DNA of 64,000 nt from Bacteroidota bacterium (GTDB lineage Bacteria > Bacteroidota > Bacteroidia > Bacteroidales > WCHB1-69): NCBI GenBank assembly GCA_017860455.1, contig JAGDMF010000008.1:9742-73741 (forward strand), in the 5' to 3' direction. Below the pieces are notes generated by a model. It did no database searches. It saw only the letters and a list, made by a program, of their open reading frames with translations, and was not told the origin of the DNA. Shown piece after piece: positions 46,510 to 56,785 of the stretch. The first letter of the stretch is position 1; each line of letters begins with the position of its first letter. Both the position numbers and the translations under genes were made by a program.

Positions 46510-47682
46510 ATGAAAACAAGAAAAAAAATTCCTAGGTATGTGTTTGAATATTCCATATACGGAGTGATTTGGTTTTTACTATTTGCCGGTCAGGTTTTTG
46601 AAGGTATAAACAATTTACATTCAGATTCATCGGATTCCTCTATTTTAAAATCATTTATTTTTTTATTTCCATTTTTTGTGTTTTTTTTGATCCATGATTT
46701 CTCGTTAAGCTATTTTGAGATCAAAAAGAAAAAAAGATGGATTTATATCTTAATTACTGCTCTTGCAACCATCTTGATGATGTTTCATCATGAATTTGTT
46801 TCGCCTGAGTTTAAAAAATATGATAAATTTAAGAAATTTGATTCTATTGAAAAAATGGAACATCACCCATTTGAAAATGGGGAACATCGCTTTGAAAATG
46901 GAGATCATCGGTTTGAAAATGGAGATCATCGGTTTGATGATAAACATAATTTTAATAAACCTCCTAAAGGCCCCAGACCGTTCAAATTTTTTCCACCGAT
47001 TGCCAATACTTTATTTGTACTATTAATTATTGTTTTTAACAGAGGTTTAAAAATGCAATTTCGATTTTTAGCCAATGAGAAAAGGTTTATGGAATTGGAA
47101 AATGAGAATATTCAAATAGAATTAAATTATTTAAAACACCAGATCAATCCACACTTTTTTATGAATACGCTCAATAGTATTCATGCATTAGTTAGAAGTA
47201 ATCCTGAAAAAGCGGAAGATGCCATTGTTGGATTCTCTAAGATTATGAGGTATCTTTTGTATGAATCTAATCTTGAAAAAGTATCTCTTGAAAAAGAATT
47301 GATTTTAATTCGTAACTATTTAGATTTAATGAGATTATTGCTTACAGATCATGTAAAAATCAATGTTGAATTACCTTGGATCTATCCTTCTGTTACAATT
47401 CCTCCTCTCATTTATATCACATTTCTGGAAAACGCATTTAAACACGGAATTAGTTATTCCAAAGAGTCTTATATCAATTTTAAAGTTACCTATGATGAAC
47501 GTTTTATATATAGTGTCATCCAGAATAGTAATCATCATCAAAAAACAGAATCAGGATCCGGTATTGGACTTGAAAATGTAAAAAAGAGATTAGAACTGAT
47601 TTATGGATCAAGTTTTAAAATGAAAATTTCTGAGAATCAAAATGATTTTAAAGTTGAACTAAAAATACCTATTTCACAATGA
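46510..47682 (+). CDS. LytS-type sensor histidine kinase with His-rich tandem repeat
   Basis: H-box LKHQINPHFFMNTLNS and ATPase motif (LENAFKHG, GSGIGLENV). The HRFENGD repeat lies at about 46855-46945. Confidence 0.9.
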   Translation: MKTRKKIPRYVFEYSIYGVIWFLLFAGQVFEGINNLHSDSSDSSILKSFIFLFPFFVFFLIHDFSLSYFEIKKKKRWIYILITALATILMMFHHEFVSPEFKKYDKFKKFDSIEKMEHHPFENGEHRFENGDHRFENGDHRFDDKHNFNKPPKGPRPFKFFPPIANTLFVLLIIVFNRGLKMQFRFLANEKRFMELENENIQIELNYLKHQINPHFFMNTLNSIHALVRSNPEKAEDAIVGFSKIMRYLLYESNLEKVSLEKELILIRNYLDLMRLLLTDHVKINVELPWIYPSVTIPPLIYITFLENAFKHGISYSKESYINFKVTYDERFIYSVIQNSNHHQKTESGSGIGLENVKKRLELIYGSSFKMKISENQNDFKVELKIPISQ

Positions 47683-48392
47683 TCAAATGTATTACTTTAG
47701 ATGATGCTCCGCTTGCATTAGCTCAATTGAACGATTTTGTGTCAAGAGTTCCATTTTTGGAATTGGTTGGGTCTTCAACCAATGCTTTTGATGCCATGGA
47801 ATTGATGGCAAAAAATAAAGTGGATCTCATTTATACCGATATCAATATGCCTGATCTTAATGGTTTGGATTTTGTGAAAACTCTTTCCTACAAACCGATG
47901 ATCATTTTCTCAACAGCATATTCCGAATATGCCATTGAAGGATTTAAAGTGGAAGCTGTTGATTATCTTTTGAAACCTTATAGTTTTAATGAATTTTTAA
48001 AATCAGCTAATAAAGCTTTGGAATTATTTGAATTTAAAAACCAATCCGATTCAGGAGTTAAAAAGGAGAAACTAACCCATCTTTTCATTAAAGCAGATTT
48101 AAAAATTGTAAATATTGCGCTTGAAAAATTGGAGTTCATTCAATCGCAGGGAGATTATGCCAAATTTTTTGTGGAAGGTTCCAAATCATATATGAGCCTG
48201 ATGAGTATGAAATCACTGGAAGAAATGCTTATCAACACAAATATTATCAGAGTACACCGTTCCTACTTTGTCAATATAAAAAAGATCAACTATATTGCTA
48301 ATCAAACTATTTATATTGGAACAAATCAAATTCCTCTAGGCGATTCATATAAAACAACATTTTTGGAATGCATCAGGCAAAATGGTCTTTAA
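47679..48392 (+). CDS. LytTR-family response regulator
   Basis: Receiver domain (ITLDD ... DLIYTDINMP) plus LytTR domain (IIRVHRSYFVN). ATGA overlap with the kinase gene. Confidence 0.9.
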   Translation: MIKCITLDDAPLALAQLNDFVSRVPFLELVGSSTNAFDAMELMAKNKVDLIYTDINMPDLNGLDFVKTLSYKPMIIFSTAYSEYAIEGFKVEAVDYLLKPYSFNEFLKSANKALELFEFKNQSDSGVKKEKLTHLFIKADLKIVNIALEKLEFIQSQGDYAKFFVEGSKSYMSLMSMKSLEEMLINTNIIRVHRSYFVNIKKINYIANQTIYIGTNQIPLGDSYKTTFLECIRQNGL

Positions 48393-48406
48393 AATGTTCC
48401 TTTGAT

Positions 48407-50365
48407 TTAAGAATGATTCAATTTTTTTAAAACAATATGGTGATCAGCAGAGTTGTATATGAAAGGGATATGTTCTATGGTTACGTCACTTTTATCTAAT
48501 CCAAACGCTCTTTCATCTCTTAATCCCAGCTTATTTAAAAAGAAATATCCATTGAGTAGTACTCCTTTTTTTAATGAAAATTCATTCTCAACAGATAAAT
48601 ATTTTTCTAAAACTACAAATTTATAATCTGGTTCATTGCTGTATTTTGTTGATCCATTCGGGATGAGGTGCATGTTTAATTCTTCATTTGAAATGAGTTC
48701 ATTCATTATTTTTTTGAAATAAAGTTCTGTTCGGGGTCTCACTCTAAATCCCACATTTATATTAATTTTAATCACTTTATCTTCCAGAAGTTCAGAAACA
48801 TCATACGTTAAAGTGTATGGATTCTGGGTTCTGTTTATGTGAACAAACCAATAGATATCTGCCCTTTTGGGATGTTTTGAAAGAATAGAATTGATAATTT
48901 TTTCTTCTATTTCATTTCGGGTGTTCGCTTTTGTTAAATAGATGAGATGAGTCGCAAATTTTGGAATCGATTGATCATCACTGAGTTCTTTAATTAACTT
49001 TACATATTTTCCTAAATCAACGAATTTAGTATATCTATTGATAATTTTTCTGGAGTAAAACCAGACATACATGGTAGAAAAAATAAACAATTCAAAAAAT
49101 AAGAACATCCATCTTTCCTTAATTTTCACTACATTAGCAATAAAAAATGAAACTTCAACGGTTGAAAATAGGAGTAAAATCAAAACAATAAAGATGGGAT
49201 GCCATTTTAGTTTATATACCAAAAAATAGGTTAATAATATGGTTGTCATCATCATGGCAATTGAAATGGAAAACCCGTAAGCTGCTTCCATGTGGGTTGA
49301 TGTTCTGAAATAAAGAACCATTAATATACAACCGATCCAAATAATATTATTAACACTTGGAATATAGATTTGACCTTTTTTATTTGAAGGCTGCCTTACA
49401 GAAACCCGAGGCCAGAAATTTAAATTCATGGCTTCATTTACCAACGTATAACTGCCACTAATTAATGCCTGAGAAGCAATTATAGTTGCCATAGTAGCAA
49501 TTAAAATGGATGGAATTAAAAACCATTGAGGTACAATTTCAAAAAATGGATTTTGATCCAAAAGATAATCACCTCTATGATGCAATAACCAGGCTGCTTG
49601 TCCCATGTAATTAACTACCAAACAAGTTTTTACAAAAATCCAGGTTATTCTGATGTTTTGTTTTCCACAGTGACCTAAATCAGAATAGAGGGCTTCAGCT
49701 CCTGTAGTAGCTAAAAATACCGCTCCTAATATCCAGAATCCTTTTGGGTATTGAGTCAGTAATTGTATAGCATAAGTGGGATTCAATGCTTTAAGGACTG
49801 TTTGATCATACCAAATTTGGGAAAATCCTAATATAAAAAGCATTAAAAACCAAATCACCATAATAGGCCCGAATGCAGCTCCCACTTTTTGAGTTCCAAA
49901 TCTTTGAAATATAAAAAGTAAGGATAAAATCAGAATCACAATGGGGACAGTTTTAATATGAGCAAAACTGGGTATATTTTGTAATCCTTCAATCGCTGAT
50001 GCTACAGAAATGGGTGGTGTAATGATTCCATCTGCTAATAAAGCTGTAGCTCCAAGAATGGTTGGAATTACTAATTTTTTACCGTATTTCTGCACCAATG
50101 CATAAAGTGAAAATATACCGCCTTCACCTTCATTGTCTGCCTTTAGGGTTAACCAGATGTACTTTATCGTTGTTTGTAAAAAAAGTGTCCAGAATACACA
50201 GGAAACACCCCCTAAAACAATAATATCACTGATTACATTTTTTCCAACTATTGCTTTTAATACATAAAGGGGACTTGTCCCAATATCCCCATAAATAATT
50301 CCTAATGCAACTACTAATGAGACAACACTCACTTTTTTCTTCCATTCTGCTTTTTCCTTCGACAT
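48407..50365 (-). CDS. kup: KUP/HAK/KT-family potassium transporter
   Basis: GDIGTSPLYV, GEGGIF.L and TGAEALY.D.GH motifs, with 12 TM helices and a C-terminal cytoplasmic domain. Confidence 0.95.
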   Translation of the reverse strand: MSKEKAEWKKKVSVVSLVVALGIIYGDIGTSPLYVLKAIVGKNVISDIIVLGGVSCVFWTLFLQTTIKYIWLTLKADNEGEGGIFSLYALVQKYGKKLVIPTILGATALLADGIITPPISVASAIEGLQNIPSFAHIKTVPIVILILSLLFIFQRFGTQKVGAAFGPIMVIWFLMLFILGFSQIWYDQTVLKALNPTYAIQLLTQYPKGFWILGAVFLATTGAEALYSDLGHCGKQNIRITWIFVKTCLVVNYMGQAAWLLHHRGDYLLDQNPFFEIVPQWFLIPSILIATMATIIASQALISGSYTLVNEAMNLNFWPRVSVRQPSNKKGQIYIPSVNNIIWIGCILMVLYFRTSTHMEAAYGFSISIAMMMTTILLTYFLVYKLKWHPIFIVLILLLFSTVEVSFFIANVVKIKERWMFLFFELFIFSTMYVWFYSRKIINRYTKFVDLGKYVKLIKELSDDQSIPKFATHLIYLTKANTRNEIEEKIINSILSKHPKRADIYWFVHINRTQNPYTLTYDVSELLEDKVIKININVGFRVRPRTELYFKKIMNELISNEELNMHLIPNGSTKYSNEPDYKFVVLEKYLSVENEFSLKKGVLLNGYFFLNKLGLRDERAFGLDKSDVTIEHIPFIYNSADHHIVLKKLNHS

Positions 50366-50453
50366 ATCATAATAAATTTGGTCGCAAAAGTAAATTTATA
50401 GATATAAAGAAAAAAATAAAAAAAGGATTTAAAATATAAAGAAAAAATAAAGA

Positions 50454-51131
50454 TTATATAAATCGATAACCAACCCTGCTTTCAGTTACAATGTAAATGG
50501 GATGGTCAGGGTTATCTTCAATTTTTTTTCGCAACTGGGCAATATAAACTCTGAGGTACTGCGTTTCATTTTGAAAACCTACTCCCCATATTTCGTGTAA
50601 AATATGTTGATGAGTCAATACTTTTCCTTCATTTTTGAAAAAAAGTGCCATTAATCCATATTCAGTTGTAGTTAACTTTAAAACCTCCCCATTTTTTTTG
50701 ATTGTTCTGGCAATAAAATCAATTTGTAACTCTCTGCAGGTGATCACTTTTTGATTATCTTCATGGTTGTTTCTACGTATTGAAGATCTGATCCTGGCTA
50801 ATAATTCCCCGGTTTTAAATGGTTTTACCAAATAATCGGAGGCACCGTTATCTAATGCCTGTATGATATCTTCTTCACTGTTTTGAACCGATAAAATAAT
50901 AATGGATTTGGTAAACCAAAAACGTAGTTCTTTTAAAACAGAATGCCCTGATATGTCTGGCAAGCCTAAATCAAGAATGATAAGGTCAGGAGAATGATTG
51001 GCAGCCAGTAATATTCCCTCTTTCCCGGATGTTGCCAATGTTACTTTAAAATCATTGTTTTCTAAAATGATCCTTAAAAGTTTCCCGATTTGTGGTTCAT
51101 CATCAATAATTAATACTTCGTATTTATTCAT
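50454..51131 (-). CDS. OmpR-family response regulator, KdpE-like (copy 1)
   Basis: Receiver domain (LIIDDE ... LIILDLGLPD) plus a winged helix (LT..E..L...........LTH..IL..IWG......YLRVYI..LR.K). Overlaps the kinase stop by 8 nt. Confidence 0.85.
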   Translation of the reverse strand: MNKYEVLIIDDEPQIGKLLRIILENNDFKVTLATSGKEGILLAANHSPDLIILDLGLPDISGHSVLKELRFWFTKSIIILSVQNSEEDIIQALDNGASDYLVKPFKTGELLARIRSSIRRNNHEDNQKVITCRELQIDFIARTIKKNGEVLKLTTTEYGLMALFFKNEGKVLTHQHILHEIWGVGFQNETQYLRVYIAQLRKKIEDNPDHPIYIVTESRVGYRFI

Positions 51132-52203
51132 TATTTAACTGATTTATGTATGAAGTTTCGCATGGTATTCTAACTATAAACTGGCACCCTTTAGGTAAAT
51201 TTTCAACGGTTACCGTTCCATTATGTGCACTAACAAATCCTTTTACTATCGAAAGACCTAAGCCGGTTCCCCCCGATTTTGATCCGGTAACTCTGTAAAA
51301 TTTTTTAAAAACATGATCCAATTCATCTTTAGGTATTCCGGGACCATTATCTGATACAATTATTTTACAATGAGAATCATGAACTGAAAACTTTATAGTA
51401 ATGGTGGTTCCTTCAGGAGTATAAATGATCGCATTATGAACCAAATTATAGAGCACCTGTTCGATCAACCCCTCGTCAATTTTACACAAAGGGAGTTCGT
51501 CAGAAGGCTTATATATGATCGAATGTTCATTTTTTAAAGGTTCTAATTTTTGAATAACGGTAAAGATCAACTCATTAATATCACTCCAAATGAATTTTAA
51601 TTTTAAAAAACCTGACTCTAATCGATTCATATTTAATAAGTTCTCAACTTGTCTGTTCAGCCGAATACTGGCCGTGTTGATTTCAGAGAGGAGTTCTTTT
51701 TGAACATCTGCAGAAAGTTTGTCTTCTTGTTCCATCATGGTATCAACGGAAGCCATAATAGTAGAAATAGGTGTTTTTAACTCATGAGACAAACAATTAA
51801 TCAATGTGTTATATAATTTTATCGATTTTAATTTTTCCTCTTTTTCTCTTGCCTTGATCTCCTCTTTTCTGATTTTAAACGTAAAACCTGCATTTACTAC
51901 AGCTATGGCAAAATAAACAAAAAACATCAAAATATCCTCTGCACTGTTGATGTGGAATGTAAATAAGGGTGGAATAAAAAAAAAGTTCCAGATTAATGCG
52001 CTTAAGGTTGCGGTCAGTAAAACCGGTAAAATATCAAAAGTAAGCGCAATGAAGGAAACCATCACCAAAAAAATCAATGCTACTGTTTTGTTTCCAATAT
52101 ATTCATTTAATAAAAAACAGGTAGTTGAAATCAGAAATACCAATAAGATACTGATCAGATATTGTTTCCATTTCGGATGATGAATGTTCTTAAAAAATGC
52201 CAT
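51124..52203 (-). CDS. Sensor histidine kinase corresponding to the C-terminal half of KdpD (DUF4118-like membrane domain + HisKA + HATPase)
   Basis: WNFFFIPP membrane motif, SHELKTP H-box, and GTGLGLSIV G2 box. Confidence 0.85.
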   Translation of the reverse strand: MAFFKNIHHPKWKQYLISILLVFLISTTCFLLNEYIGNKTVALIFLVMVSFIALTFDILPVLLTATLSALIWNFFFIPPLFTFHINSAEDILMFFVYFAIAVVNAGFTFKIRKEEIKAREKEEKLKSIKLYNTLINCLSHELKTPISTIMASVDTMMEQEDKLSADVQKELLSEINTASIRLNRQVENLLNMNRLESGFLKLKFIWSDINELIFTVIQKLEPLKNEHSIIYKPSDELPLCKIDEGLIEQVLYNLVHNAIIYTPEGTTITIKFSVHDSHCKIIVSDNGPGIPKDELDHVFKKFYRVTGSKSGGTGLGLSIVKGFVSAHNGTVTVENLPKGCQFIVRIPCETSYINQLNNE

Positions 52204-52214
52204 ACTTTTTTTTG

Positions 52215-52222
52215 CAAAAATA
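52215..52222 (-). promoter_or_regulatory. -7 box (TATTTTTG on the minus strand) upstream of the kinase/regulator pair
   Basis: The plus strand reads CAAAAATA, 12 nt from the ATG at 52203. Confidence 0.4.
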
Positions 52223-52334
52223 TGTTTTTTAATTCGATTTAAAAAAACTTATAAAATTTTTATAAAATAAGGATTTTTATTTATTTATTTTTTATTTCTT
52301 TCTAAACACTTTTGCAGAGTAAATTTTTTGCATT

Positions 52335-52412
52335 ATGATTATTGCTTTGCTGATTTCTATTCTGATTTTAATTTATTTATTCTATACCTTAGAACATCCT
52401 GAAAAATTTTAA
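52335..52412 (+). CDS. kdpF: K+-transporting ATPase subunit F
   Basis: A 25-aa hydrophobic peptide, MIIALLISILILIYLFYTLEHPEKF, ending in the KdpF-typical ..PEKF. Its stop lies 2 nt before the kdpA ATG. It is not in the ORF track because it is too short. Confidence 0.8.
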   Translation: MIIALLISILILIYLFYTLEHPEKF

Positions 52413-52414
52413 TT

Positions 52415-54133
52415 ATGTTATATAATAATTTGTTTCAAATAGTTGTATTAATTACATTGTTAGTAATTGTTTGTCCAATTTTGGGATATTATATCTTCTC
52501 AATTTTTTCAAAAGAGGAAAATTCAATAAAAAATATCAATAAATATTGGCACCCCTTGTTTATATTTTCAAAAATTGAACTATTGATTTATAAGATTTGC
52601 AAAGTTGACAAATTGCAAAATATGGATTGGAAAAAGTATCTTTTTTCTGTTTTAATTTTCAATTTTTTTGGTTTTGTTTTACTGTTTATTTTACAAATGA
52701 TCCAAAAATGGCTGCCCCTCAATCCTCAAAACTTAGGAAATGTACCCATTGATTTGGCTTTTAATACCGCAGTAAGTTTTGTTACAAACACCAATTGGCA
52801 AAATTATGCCGGTGAAACAACTATGAGCTATTTAGTTCAGATGGTTGGTTTGACAGTTCAGAATTTTTTAAGTGCGGGAACCGGTATAGTAGTGGTTATT
52901 GCATTAATCAGAGGAATTGCAAACAAAGAAAGTAATCTTTTGGGTAATTTTTGGGTTGATATTACTCGTTCTGTTGTTTATATTTTAATTCCTTTAAGTA
53001 TTGTTATTTCAATTTTATTGATTTCACAAGGAGTTGTACAAACATTACAACCGTACCAAAATATTGAAACTATTGAAGGAGTGAATCAAACCATACCTTT
53101 AGGACCGGCTGCATCACAAGTAGCAATAAAAATGGTAGGTACCAACGGAGGAGGTTATTTCAATGCGAATAGTTCACATCCGTTTGAAAATCCAACACCA
53201 TTTTCTAATTTTATTGAAATGTTTTCGTTATTACTGATTCCAATGGCACTACCTTTCACATTTGGTAGATTTGTTGGATCAAAAAAACAGGGAAGAACAC
53301 TTTTCTTTACCATGTTCGGATTATTACTGATAGGCTTTATTATCATGTTGTTTTCTGAAAATTATCTACATCCGATTTTACAGCAATCAGGAATAATGGA
53401 AGGCAAAGAAACCCGTTTTGGAATAGTAAATAGCGTATTTTTTGCAAATATAACTACAGCTGTTTCTTGTGGTGCCGTCAATTGCGCTCATAGTAGTTTA
53501 ACACCTATTTCAGGATTGATTTTAATGTTAAATATGATGTTAGGAGAAATAGTATTTGGAGGTGTTGGTGCCGGACTATACGGTATGTTAATTTTTGTAT
53601 TGCTAACTGTTTTCATTTCCGGATTAATGGTCGGTAGAACTCCTGAATATCTGGGAAAGAAAATTGAATCAAAAGAGATTAAAATGGCCATATTAGCAGT
53701 AATAATTCCAAACATGGTGATTCTTATATTTACAGCCTTAGCTTTATGTGTTCCCTCAGCATATTCACAAGTTTCATCTGGTGGACCACACAGTTTTAGT
53801 GAAATACTTTACGCATTTACCTCTTCTGCAGCTAATAATGGTAGTGCATTTGCCGGATTAAATGGAAACACCCCTTTTTTTAATATTTTTCTTGGGTTAA
53901 GTATGATTATTGGAAGATTTGGTGTAATAATTCCTGTTTTAATTATAGCAGGGTCACTTTCAAACAAAAAGATAATACCAAAATCACTGGGCACTTTCAG
54001 AACTGACACCCCTTTGTTTGCATTTATTTTAATAGCAGTAATTCTAATTATCGGAGCTTTAACTTACTTTCCTGCTTTATCTTTAGGCCCAATTTTAGAA
54101 CATTTATTAATGAAGTCCGGAATTATATTTTAA
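52415..54133 (+). CDS. kdpA: Potassium-transporting ATPase subunit A
   Basis: NTNWQNY, GTNGGG and [11 protein letters not shown] selectivity-filter-like motifs. Confidence 0.95.
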   Translation: MLYNNLFQIVVLITLLVIVCPILGYYIFSIFSKEENSIKNINKYWHPLFIFSKIELLIYKICKVDKLQNMDWKKYLFSVLIFNFFGFVLLFILQMIQKWLPLNPQNLGNVPIDLAFNTAVSFVTNTNWQNYAGETTMSYLVQMVGLTVQNFLSAGTGIVVVIALIRGIANKESNLLGNFWVDITRSVVYILIPLSIVISILLISQGVVQTLQPYQNIETIEGVNQTIPLGPAASQVAIKMVGTNGGGYFNANSSHPFENPTPFSNFIEMFSLLLIPMALPFTFGRFVGSKKQGRTLFFTMFGLLLIGFIIMLFSENYLHPILQQSGIMEGKETRFGIVNSVFFANITTAVSCGAVNCAHSSLTPISGLILMLNMMLGEIVFGGVGAGLYGMLIFVLLTVFISGLMVGRTPEYLGKKIESKEIKMAILAVIIPNMVILIFTALALCVPSAYSQVSSGGPHSFSEILYAFTSSAANNGSAFAGLNGNTPFFNIFLGLSMIIGRFGVIIPVLIIAGSLSNKKIIPKSLGTFRTDTPLFAFILIAVILIIGALTYFPALSLGPILEHLLMKSGIIF

Positions 54134-56217
54134 TGAATATGACAAAAAATAGATCAATAATAGATAAAAAAATTATTAAAGCTTCCATAATTGAAGCTTT
54201 TAAAAAGTTGCATCCAAAAACGCAAATCAAAAACCCTGTTATGTTTGTTGTTTATATGGGATCAATTTTTACTAGTACCATTTTTATAAAAGATATTTTG
54301 AGTGGCTCATTTGATGGGTTTAATTTTCAAATTATTATCTGGTTGTGGTTTACGATTATTTTTGCCAATTTTGCGGAAGCTCTTGCTGAGGGAAGAGGAA
54401 AAGCACAGGCTGATAGTTTGAGAAAATTGAAATCTAATACCTATGCCCGGTTATTTGTAAATGGATCAGAAAAAAAAGTGCTCTCTTCAGAGTTGAAAAT
54501 CGGCGATCTTGTTATTTGTGAATCTAATGATATTATCCCTATTGATGGAGAAGTGATTGAAGGAATTGCAACAGTTGATGAATCTGCAATAACCGGAGAA
54601 TCAGCTCCAGTAATTAGAGAAAGTGGAGGAGACCGAAGTGCTGTTACTGGTGGAACCACTGTTTTAAGTGATAAAATAATTGTAAAAATTACTGCTGAAC
54701 AAGGGGATACATTTTTAGATAGAATGATTCATCTAGTAGAAGGAGCTAAACGGAAAAAAACACCAAATGAAATTGCTTTAAGTATTTTACTTTCCGGATT
54801 AACCATCATTTTATTATTAGCCGTTGCAACTTTATATGTTTTTGCAATCTATAGTAAAAATATCTCAGGAGATCAATTTGATGTCACATTAACCGTCTTA
54901 ATTTCGCTATTAGTTTGTTTAATTCCAACTACAATTGGAGGATTATTAAGTGCCATTGGAATTAGTGGTATGGATCGATTGGTTACTCATAATGTCATTG
55001 CTAAAAGTGGCAGAGCTGTAGAAGCAGCCGGTGATATTGACGTTTTATTATTAGATAAAACCGGAACCATCACTTTAGGAAATAGAATGGCAACTCAATT
55101 TATTCCTTTAGATGGAGTTACTGAAAATTATCTTGCTGAAAGATCTCAATTGGCGTCACTTTCTGATGATACTCCTGAAGGTAGATCAATTGTGGTATTA
55201 GCTAAAGAAAAATTTAATTTCAGAGGGAGAGATTTATCCCATTTCCAAATTGTAAATATCCCATTTTCTGCTCAAACTCGGATGAGTGGGATCGATATAA
55301 ATTTCGATAAAGATATAACTACATCATTAAGAAAAGGAGCTGCTTTTTCAATGAAACAGTATATTCTTGATCATGGATTTGATTTCTCTGAATCTCTGGA
55401 AAAAAATATTAAACAATTAGCATTAGAAGGAGCAACTCCTCTTATTGTAACTGAAAATGGAAAACCATTAGGAATTGTTAAGTTAAAAGATATCGTAAAG
55501 GGTGGAATTAAAGAAAGATTTGATCAACTTAGAAAAATTGGAATCAAAACAGTAATGATTACAGGTGACAACCCTTTAACTGCTTCCGCTATTGCAGCAG
55601 AGGCAGGGGTTGATGATTTTATTGCTGAAGCGAAACCTGAAGATAAACTAAACAAAATTAGAGAAGAACAATCTGAAGGTAAATTAGTTGCCATGATAGG
55701 TGATGGGACAAATGATGCTCCTGCTTTAGCTCAAGCCGATGTGGGTGTTGCCATGAATACAGGAACTCAGGCTGCCCGCGAAGCCGGGAATATGTTAGAT
55801 CTGGATAGTAATCCAACCAAATTGATTGAAATTGTTGAAATTGGCAAACAGTTGCTAATGACCAGAGGAGCCTTAACCACTTTTAGTATTGCTAATGATA
55901 TCGCAAAATATTTTGCTATTATTCCTGCTATCTTTTCAACTTTGTACTCTTTAGGCGCTATAAATGGACCATTAAGTAAACTTAATATAATGTCTCTTCA
56001 TTCTCCACAAAGCGCTATTTTGAGTTCCGTAATTTTTAATGCCCTGATCATTGTTATTCTGATACCGATTGCACTGAAAGGAGTAAAATTCATTCCATCA
56101 TCGACATCTAAAGTGTTAGTGAGAAATCTACTTATTTTTGGATTAGGTGGATTGGTGCTACCCTTTATCGGGATTAAATTGATAGATATCATTGTTAATT
56201 TTTTAAATTTGGTTTAA
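54133..56217 (+). CDS. kdpB: Potassium-transporting ATPase subunit B (P-type ATPase)
   Basis: DKTGTIT phosphorylation site, TGDN and [10 protein letters not shown] motifs. Confidence 0.97.
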   Translation: MNMTKNRSIIDKKIIKASIIEAFKKLHPKTQIKNPVMFVVYMGSIFTSTIFIKDILSGSFDGFNFQIIIWLWFTIIFANFAEALAEGRGKAQADSLRKLKSNTYARLFVNGSEKKVLSSELKIGDLVICESNDIIPIDGEVIEGIATVDESAITGESAPVIRESGGDRSAVTGGTTVLSDKIIVKITAEQGDTFLDRMIHLVEGAKRKKTPNEIALSILLSGLTIILLLAVATLYVFAIYSKNISGDQFDVTLTVLISLLVCLIPTTIGGLLSAIGISGMDRLVTHNVIAKSGRAVEAAGDIDVLLLDKTGTITLGNRMATQFIPLDGVTENYLAERSQLASLSDDTPEGRSIVVLAKEKFNFRGRDLSHFQIVNIPFSAQTRMSGIDINFDKDITTSLRKGAAFSMKQYILDHGFDFSESLEKNIKQLALEGATPLIVTENGKPLGIVKLKDIVKGGIKERFDQLRKIGIKTVMITGDNPLTASAIAAEAGVDDFIAEAKPEDKLNKIREEQSEGKLVAMIGDGTNDAPALAQADVGVAMNTGTQAAREAGNMLDLDSNPTKLIEIVEIGKQLLMTRGALTTFSIANDIAKYFAIIPAIFSTLYSLGAINGPLSKLNIMSLHSPQSAILSSVIFNALIIVILIPIALKGVKFIPSSTSKVLVRNLLIFGLGGLVLPFIGIKLIDIIVNFLNLV

Positions 56218-56218
56218 A

Positions 56219-56785
56219 ATGAAAGCAAACATAATTGTTTCATTAAAAGTATTATTGGCTTTTACAGTTCTGTTAGGTATTATTTATCCTTTAGCAATTA
56301 CCGGATTTGCACAACTGTTTTTCCCTTATGAGGCAAATGGAAGTATTATTAAAATCAATAATAAACCGACAGGTTCTGAGCTTTTAGGTCAAAATTTTCA
56401 AAGTGATTCCCTTTTTTGGGGGAGACCATCATTTTCAAATTATAATCCCTTAAAATCCGGAGCCAGTAACTTTAGCGTCAATAGTAATTCGATTGCAATT
56501 TTACAAAAAAAACAGGCTGATAGATTGAAAATGAAAATAAATAACAAATCTAACGATTTACTCTATTATTCCGCTAGTGGACTGGATCCACATATATCTT
56601 ATCATAGTGCTATGATTCAAGCTGATAGAATTGCAAAAGTAAGAAATATGGATATAAAAGAAGTTTATAAAATTATAAATAAACATAATGAAAAAAAACA
56701 GTTTCTCTTTTTAGGGGAAGAAAGAATAAATGTTCTTCTTTTAAACCTCGATTTAATAAAAATTGAAAATGAAAAATCAAAATGA
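56219..56785 (+). CDS. kdpC: Potassium-transporting ATPase subunit C
   Basis: Single N-terminal TM helix, plus GSEL.GQ.F....F.GRPS and SASGLDPHIS motifs. Confidence 0.9.
   Translation: MKANIIVSLKVLLAFTVLLGIIYPLAITGFAQLFFPYEANGSIIKINNKPTGSELLGQNFQSDSLFWGRPSFSNYNPLKSGASNFSVNSNSIAILQKKQADRLKMKINNKSNDLLYYSASGLDPHISYHSAMIQADRIAKVRNMDIKEVYKIINKHNEKKQFLFLGEERINVLLLNLDLIKIENEKSK

Noticed and set aside
52204-52334. c-di-AMP (ydaO/kimA-type) riboswitch or other leader upstream of kdpF
   Set aside because: The 130-nt spacer is almost pure A/T with no conserved helices or ACGR/GGGA-type motifs.
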